A stretch of DNA of 42,689 nucleotides from a virus (lineage: Duplodnaviria > Heunggongvirae > Uroviricota > Caudoviricetes). Each line of letters opens with the position of its first letter. Position 1 is the first letter of the stretch. A program made the position numbers and the translations under genes. The stretch is taken from the IMG/VR virus record IMGVR_UViG_2923318301_000002; one strand, given 5' to 3'. Below the pieces are notes generated by a model. It did not search any database. It saw nothing but the letters and a program-made list of their open reading frames with translations, and had not been told where the DNA came from. Shown piece after piece: positions 37,573 to 42,689 of the stretch.

Positions 37573-37791
37573 ATGCAGAAACGAGAACCCGTCATCATCG
37601 CGCCAGACTATACCGATGATGAACTTTATGAGTGGATGCGCCAGAAAATTAATGCAGCGCAGGATTTGAAATGGGCCAATGAAGCCAGGGCTAAGCAGGC
37701 TGAAAATCTGTCCGCTCTGGAGCAGGATATCACCAGGCTGGAAAAAGCAGCGGCATTAAGCATTGCCAGAATGATTACATACCCGCGTTAA
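37573..37791 (+). CDS. YdfC-like hypothetical protein (72 aa) in the dicB operon
   Basis: AAGGAG RBS 6 nt upstream; lies upstream of DicF/dicB as ydfC does in Qin. Confidence 0.55.
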   Translation: MQKREPVIIAPDYTDDELYEWMRQKINAAQDLKWANEARAKQAENLSALEQDITRLEKAAALSIARMITYPR

Positions 37792-38132
37792 TAGATAACC
37801 AACGAAGCTAAGGTTGGTAATTAAGGAGTTCTCCACGGGTGAGGTGGAGTGCGTGCGCCGGACACGGGTGAGCATCCGGCACTGACAGTTTACTGAAAGG
37901 ATATTTCCCTGAAAAGTCAGACCATAACGCGAAAGCGCACGGCGAGGTAGCTGGTTCATAGATAGCCTGTCGTTAAATTTTCGTCGACCGTGCGCTTCCG
38001 GTTGTGGCAATCCGCGAAATGGCGCGGCGGTAAGTATGGCGGGGTTATTCCTTCCCCCGTTGAGGACACCGGGTTGTCAGGTTGACCATACGCTTAAGTG
38101 ACAACCCCACTGCAACGCCCTCTGTTATCAAT

Positions 38133-38190
38133 TTTCTGGTGACGTTTGGCGGTATCAGTTTTACTCCGTGACTGCTCTGCCGCCCTTTTT
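38133..38190 (+). ncRNA. dicF: DicF-like Hfq-dependent sRNA (cell-division inhibitor RNA)
   Basis: tttctggtgacgtttggcggtatcagttttactccgtgactgctctgccgcccttttt matches remembered DicF, including the terminator hairpin and U-tail; immediately upstream of dicB. Confidence 0.7.
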
Positions 38191-38359
38191 AAAGTGAATT
38201 TTGTGATGCGGTGAATGCGGCTAAGCGCACGCGGAACAGTTAAAACCAAAAACAGTGTTATGGGTGGATTCTCTGTATCCGGCGTTAATTGTTAACTGGT
38301 TAACGTCACCTGGAGGCACCAGGCACCGCATCACAAAACTCATTGTTGAGGGCGCGATA

Positions 38360-38548
38360 ATGAAAACGTTATTACCAAACGTTAATACGTCTGAAGGTTG
38401 TTTTGAAATTGGTGTCACTATCAGTAATCCTGTATTTACTGAAGATGCCATTAACAAAAGAAAACACGAACGGGAGTTATTAAATAAAGTATGCATTGTT
38501 TCAATGCTGGCCCGTTTACGTCTGATGCCAAAAGGATGTGCACAATGA
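38360..38548 (+). CDS. dicB: Cell division inhibitor DicB
   Basis: 62-aa ORF MKTLLPNVNTSEGCFEIGVTISNPVFTEDAINKRK… near-identical to remembered Qin DicB; ATGA-coupled to ydfD. Confidence 0.85.
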   Translation: MKTLLPNVNTSEGCFEIGVTISNPVFTEDAINKRKHERELLNKVCIVSMLARLRLMPKGCAQ

Positions 38549-38736
38549 ATCCAGTATTTGCACTTATTCTGACGGTTTTTCTTGTTTCCGGAGAGCCAGT
38601 TGATATTGCAGTCAGTGTTCACAGAACAATGCAGGAATGTATGGCAGCAGCAACCGAACAGAAAATTCCAGGCAACTGTTATCCGGTCGATAAAGTTATT
38701 CACCAGGATAATAACGAAATCCCGGCAGGATTTTAA
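38545..38736 (+). CDS. ydfD: YdfD-like small secreted/lysis-associated protein
   Basis: 63-aa ORF with N-terminal hydrophobic segment MNPVFALILTVFLVSG…, matching remembered YdfD downstream of dicB. Confidence 0.8.
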   Translation: MNPVFALILTVFLVSGEPVDIAVSVHRTMQECMAAATEQKIPGNCYPVDKVIHQDNNEIPAGF

Positions 38737-38829
38737 AACAGCACCGTAATAAATATCCAGTTTCATTCTTATATGTCAGCAATGGCAGAGATTTGTTCAC
38801 CCTTAAATCTGTGATGAGGTTTACCAATA

Positions 38830-41271
38830 ATGAGCACTGATAAAGAAGAATTTGCACTATATTGCGAAGCAAAAAATGACAAAGTAAGAAAACGCCTAGG
38901 AATTAAAGGTGGTTTTTACTGGACTACAGCAAAAAAATTATCTGTTGCAATCTCCCGCTGCATTACCGCAATGGATGACAACGATTATGATGAAGACGAC
39001 TTTAAAAAACCCGTCCGCGTCAATTTGCCCGTTGTTGACGACCTTCCGCCAGAAGGCGTGTTTGATACTGAATTCTGCAACCGCTATGAAAAAGGCGGGA
39101 AAGATGGCATCACAATGACATTTATCGGCCCTTCCCCCTCTGTTCAGGACAAACCAGCCAGCACTGACAATACCAACATCAACGGCGAAGCCATGACTGA
39201 GATTGAGGAGAGCATGCTTCTGCCTGTCTCCGGTCAGGAACTGCCCATTCGTTGGCTTGCTCAACACGGCAGCGAAAAACCAGTAACGCACGTTTCACGC
39301 GACGAACTCCAGGCATTACACATTGCACGGGCTGAAGAACTACCGGCTGTTACTGCCCTGGCTATTTCGCATAAAACCAGTCTGCTCGACTCGCTGGAGA
39401 TTCGCGACCTCCACAAACTGGTTCGTGACACTGACAAAGTTTTCCCTAATCCTGGTAATTCAGACCTGGGACTAATAACTGCTTTTTTCGAAGCATACCT
39501 AGACGCTGACTACACTGATCGGGGTCTGCTGACAAAAGAGTGGATGAAAGGAAATCGTGTTTCACGCATCACCCGCACGGCTTCCGGTGCTAATGCTGGC
39601 GGTGGGAACAAAACCGATCGCAATCCGAATTTAGTACACACCCTCGACACACTGGATGTGGAGATTGCAGCAGCCACACTTCCGATGGATTTTAATATTT
39701 ATGAAATTCCGGGCAGCGTTTATCGTCGCGCAAAAGAAGTAGTCCTGAACAAAGAAAGTCCGTTCAAAGAATGGTCCGCAGCACTTCGTGCAACCCCGGG
39801 TATTCTGGACTATTCCCGCGCCGCTATTTTTGCACTTATCCGAAGCGCACACCCTGAATTTTATCACTACCCGGGACGCCTTCAGGGGTATATCAACGCC
39901 TATTTGACGGAAACTGATCACGAGAACCCCAGCAAGGAAACTCTCACAGCTGCCCGGCATACGCCGGAAAAAGATATCCTGGAAGAAATTAACCGCGAGG
40001 TGGTTACTGAGCGTGAAACAGAAGAAGAAAAACCACAACCATCTGACGCAATGGCAGGTGAACAGGCAACAACTGAAACAATGGAACCGGATACAACTGA
40101 ACATGGCCAGAACGCGCAGTCGCTGGATGCTCAGTCGCAGGTGAGTTCCGCTAACCAAGTAAAAGTCACCGCTGACGAAGTAAACAAAATTATGCAGGCA
40201 GCCAATATCAGCCAGCCTGACGCCGATAAGTTACTTGCTGTATCGCGTGGTGAATTTGTTGAGGGGATTAGCGACCCTAATGATCCGAAATGGGTCAAAG
40301 GGATCCAGACTCGCGATTCTGTGAACCAGAACCAGCATGAATCGGAACGGAACGACCAAAAAGCGGAACAAAACAGCCCAAATGCGTTACAAAACGAGCC
40401 AGAAACGAAACAATCCGAACCAGTGGCGCAACAGGAAGTGGAAAAAGTCTGCACCGCCTGCGGTCAGACCGGCGGCGGCAACTGCCCTGATTGTGGCGCG
40501 GTGATGGGCGACGCAACATACCAGGAAACATTCGATGAAGAGTATCAGGTTGAAGTTCAGGAAGATGATCCGGAGGAAATGGAAGGCGCTGAACATCCAC
40601 ACAAGGAGAACACTGGCGGCAATCAGCATCACGATAGCGATAATGAAACTGGCGAGACGGCAGATCACTCAATTAAGGTGAACGGTCATCAAGAAATCAC
40701 ATCCACCAGCAGGACGTGTGACCATCTAATGATCGACCTTGAAACCATGGGAAAAAATCCTGATGCCCCGATCATCTCAATAGGTGCAATATTTTTCGAT
40801 CCGCAAACCGGAGATATGGGACCGGAATTTAGTAAGACTATCGATCTGGAAACTGCTGGCGGAGTCATTGATCGGGACACCATTAAATGGTGGCTTAAGC
40901 AATCACGCGAAGCGCAATCTGCCATTATGACCGATGAAATCCCGTTAGATGATGCACTGTTACAATTGCGGGAATTTATCGACGAAAACTCCGGTGAATT
41001 TTTTGTTCAGGTCTGGGGAAATGGAGCCAACTTCGACAACACGATTTTGCGCCGTTCATACGAACGGCAGGGGATCCCCTGCCCGTGGCGTTACTACAAC
41101 GATCGCGATGTACGCACAATCGTTGAGCTGGGGAAAGCCATAGACTTCGATGCCAGAACGGCTATTCCATTCGAAGGTGAGCGCCATAATGCACTTGATG
41201 ACGCCCGTTACCAGGCAAAATACGTTTCAGTTATCTGGCAAAAACTGATCCCGAGTCAGGCTGATTTTTAA
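38830..41271 (+). CDS. Large early protein with C-terminal DEDDh (DnaQ-like) 3'-5' exonuclease domain (often annotated exodeoxyribonuclease VIII in prophages)
   Basis: 813-aa ORF; C-terminus carries Exo I (MIDLETMG), Exo II ([12 protein letters not shown]) and Exo III (HNALDDARY) motifs; central acidic Glu/Gln-rich linker; CTACGQ…CPDCG zinc ribbon. Confidence 0.7.
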   Translation: MSTDKEEFALYCEAKNDKVRKRLGIKGGFYWTTAKKLSVAISRCITAMDDNDYDEDDFKKPVRVNLPVVDDLPPEGVFDTEFCNRYEKGGKDGITMTFIGPSPSVQDKPASTDNTNINGEAMTEIEESMLLPVSGQELPIRWLAQHGSEKPVTHVSRDELQALHIARAEELPAVTALAISHKTSLLDSLEIRDLHKLVRDTDKVFPNPGNSDLGLITAFFEAYLDADYTDRGLLTKEWMKGNRVSRITRTASGANAGGGNKTDRNPNLVHTLDTLDVEIAAATLPMDFNIYEIPGSVYRRAKEVVLNKESPFKEWSAALRATPGILDYSRAAIFALIRSAHPEFYHYPGRLQGYINAYLTETDHENPSKETLTAARHTPEKDILEEINREVVTERETEEEKPQPSDAMAGEQATTETMEPDTTEHGQNAQSLDAQSQVSSANQVKVTADEVNKIMQAANISQPDADKLLAVSRGEFVEGISDPNDPKWVKGIQTRDSVNQNQHESERNDQKAEQNSPNALQNEPETKQSEPVAQQEVEKVCTACGQTGGGNCPDCGAVMGDATYQETFDEEYQVEVQEDDPEEMEGAEHPHKENTGGNQHHDSDNETGETADHSIKVNGHQEITSTSRTCDHLMIDLETMGKNPDAPIISIGAIFFDPQTGDMGPEFSKTIDLETAGGVIDRDTIKWWLKQSREAQSAIMTDEIPLDDALLQLREFIDENSGEFFVQVWGNGANFDNTILRRSYERQGIPCPWRYYNDRDVRTIVELGKAIDFDARTAIPFEGERHNALDDARYQAKYVSVIWQKLIPSQADF

Positions 41272-41332
41272 TGTTCAACCGTCGCCAGTTGTCGTTGATA
41301 TTCTGCAACTGGCGCGTTCCGGAGTGATAGCC

Positions 41333-41602
41333 ATGAGCGAACAGTACCTGATAACGCTCGACGAGTGGAAACCAAAACGGTTCAGTCTCCCAATAACAAA
41401 CACTACCCTGGTGAAATACGGAAAACTAGGATACATCGTTCCAAGGCCACAAAAAATTCGTGGGCGTTGGCTGATAGATCGCCGAGCAGTATTTGTTGGG
41501 CCTGGTGAAACGGGAATTGCGCCGGAAATTCATACTGGCGATGATGATGCACTGAAGGAGATTTTAACTCATGTCACCGAGGCCACGAAAAAACAGCACT
41601 GA
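41333..41602 (+). CDS. xis: Excisionase-like DNA-binding protein
   Basis: Small ORF immediately upstream of and overlapping int; GGAG RBS 8 nt before ATG 41333; assignment largely by synteny. Confidence 0.65.
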   Translation: MSEQYLITLDEWKPKRFSLPITNTTLVKYGKLGYIVPRPQKIRGRWLIDRRAVFVGPGETGIAPEIHTGDDDALKEILTHVTEATKKQH

Positions 41603-42689
41603 CGTAGCCGGTCTTTACGAAAAGTTTGATCGCAGAACTGGCAGAGTTTACTACCAGTATAAAAATCCTGTGACTGGAAAATTTCACGGACTCGGAACAG
41701 ACAAAGGTAAGGCAGAAAAAATCGCTTCCACAGCCAATCAGCGAATAGCTGCAGCAGAAGCTGAATATTTCATGCGCAAAATTGATGAAAGTCTGTCAGC
41801 AACAAAACGTCGGGGTATCAGATTAAAGGCATGGGTTGATCGATATCTGAAAATACAGGACACGCGACTGAAAAATGGAGATATTGCAGCTACAACTCAC
41901 AAAGAAAAAACTCGAATGGCTGCATACCTGGTTTCCCGTCTGGGAAACCACCCATTGAAAGAACTGGAAGTAAGAGACTTTGCATTAATACTGGATGAGT
42001 GGCTGGATAAAGACATGGTCAGCACAGCGAGAGTAAATCGTGGATTATGGGTTGATATTTATAAAGAAGCACAGCATGCAGGGGAAGTTCCTCCTGGATG
42101 GAATCCTCCGGAGGCTACCCGTAAACCGATCCCTAAAGTAACCAGAGCCAGGCTCACCATGGAAGACTGGCAAAAAATTTACAATGCAACGCCTGAAAAA
42201 CACTTTATCCGTAACGCAATGCTTCTTGCGATTGTTACTGGTCAGCGCCGTGATGACATTTGCCACATGCGTTTTTCAGATGTGTGGAACGAACACTTGC
42301 ATATCACCCAGGGAAAAACCGGAATGCGTCTGGCGTTACCGCTTACACTACGCTGTGATGCCATTGGGATAACGTTAAAAGAAGTTATTGATGGGTGCCG
42401 AGACAGAATATTAAGTCCATATCTAATCCATAGTCGGCACCAGAAACAACCGAAGCCGATGAGTAAAGACAACCTGAGCGACTACTTTGCCAAAGCACGG
42501 GATCTGGCTGGGATAATTCCACCAGCAGGAAAAACTCCGCCAACATTTCATGAACAACGCTCTCTATCAGAACGGCTGTACCGTGCACAGGGTATCGATA
42601 CAAAAACATTACTAGGACATAAAGTCCAGGCAACCACCGATCGCTATAACGATACTCGAGGTCAGGAATGGGTTAAGTTGGTTATTTGA
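41571..42689 (+). CDS. int: Tyrosine integrase (lambda Int family)
   Basis: 372-aa ORF with conserved C-terminal catalytic region (…LLGHKVQATTDRYNDTRGQEW…, cf. lambda …GHKSDTMASQYRDDRGREW…); stop codon is the last three bases of the window. Confidence 0.9.
   Translation: MSPRPRKNSTDVAGLYEKFDRRTGRVYYQYKNPVTGKFHGLGTDKGKAEKIASTANQRIAAAEAEYFMRKIDESLSATKRRGIRLKAWVDRYLKIQDTRLKNGDIAATTHKEKTRMAAYLVSRLGNHPLKELEVRDFALILDEWLDKDMVSTARVNRGLWVDIYKEAQHAGEVPPGWNPPEATRKPIPKVTRARLTMEDWQKIYNATPEKHFIRNAMLLAIVTGQRRDDICHMRFSDVWNEHLHITQGKTGMRLALPLTLRCDAIGITLKEVIDGCRDRILSPYLIHSRHQKQPKPMSKDNLSDYFAKARDLAGIIPPAGKTPPTFHEQRSLSERLYRAQGIDTKTLLGHKVQATTDRYNDTRGQEWVKLVI

Overview
The window is an almost complete lambdoid prophage, read in inverted orientation: late and structural genes lie at low coordinates on the minus strand, and the integrase gene ends exactly at the right edge, so the attachment site is outside the window. 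All assignments come from reading the translated ORFs and the DNA by eye and from remembered protein families; no database search was run. From left to right: (1) an IS629-like IS3-family element (orfA/orfB, left end cut by the window edge) inserted into the 3' end of the side tail fiber gene; (2) a lambda-like tail module (stf, lom, J, I, K, L, M, H, G/GT with a −1 frameshift, V); (3) an HK97-like head module (connector/adaptor proteins, major capsid, prohead protease, portal, TerL, TerS, HNH endonuclease); (4) bor and a lysis cassette (pinholin, YdfR-like ORF, SAR endolysin, Rz with embedded Rz1); (5) an IS30-family element just upstream of the lysis cassette; (6) an accessory slot between Q and the lysis genes holding an AT-rich ORF, two diverged copies of a ~190-bp element with conserved, covarying hairpins (candidate structured RNAs), a tRNA-like fragment and an intact tRNA(CAU); (7) a Q-like gene with a pR'/tR' unit, rusA and nin-region genes; (8) a hokD-like type I toxin locus; (9) an O-like replication gene carrying iteron-like repeats; (10) a YdaT-like/Cro-like/CI-like immunity region with shared operator half-sites; (11) a DicF sRNA - dicB - ydfD module; (12) an 813-aa protein with a C-terminal DEDDh exonuclease domain, then xis and int. 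The least explained part, and my best candidate for something undescribed, is the pair of structured elements at 28003-28193 and 28466-28663.
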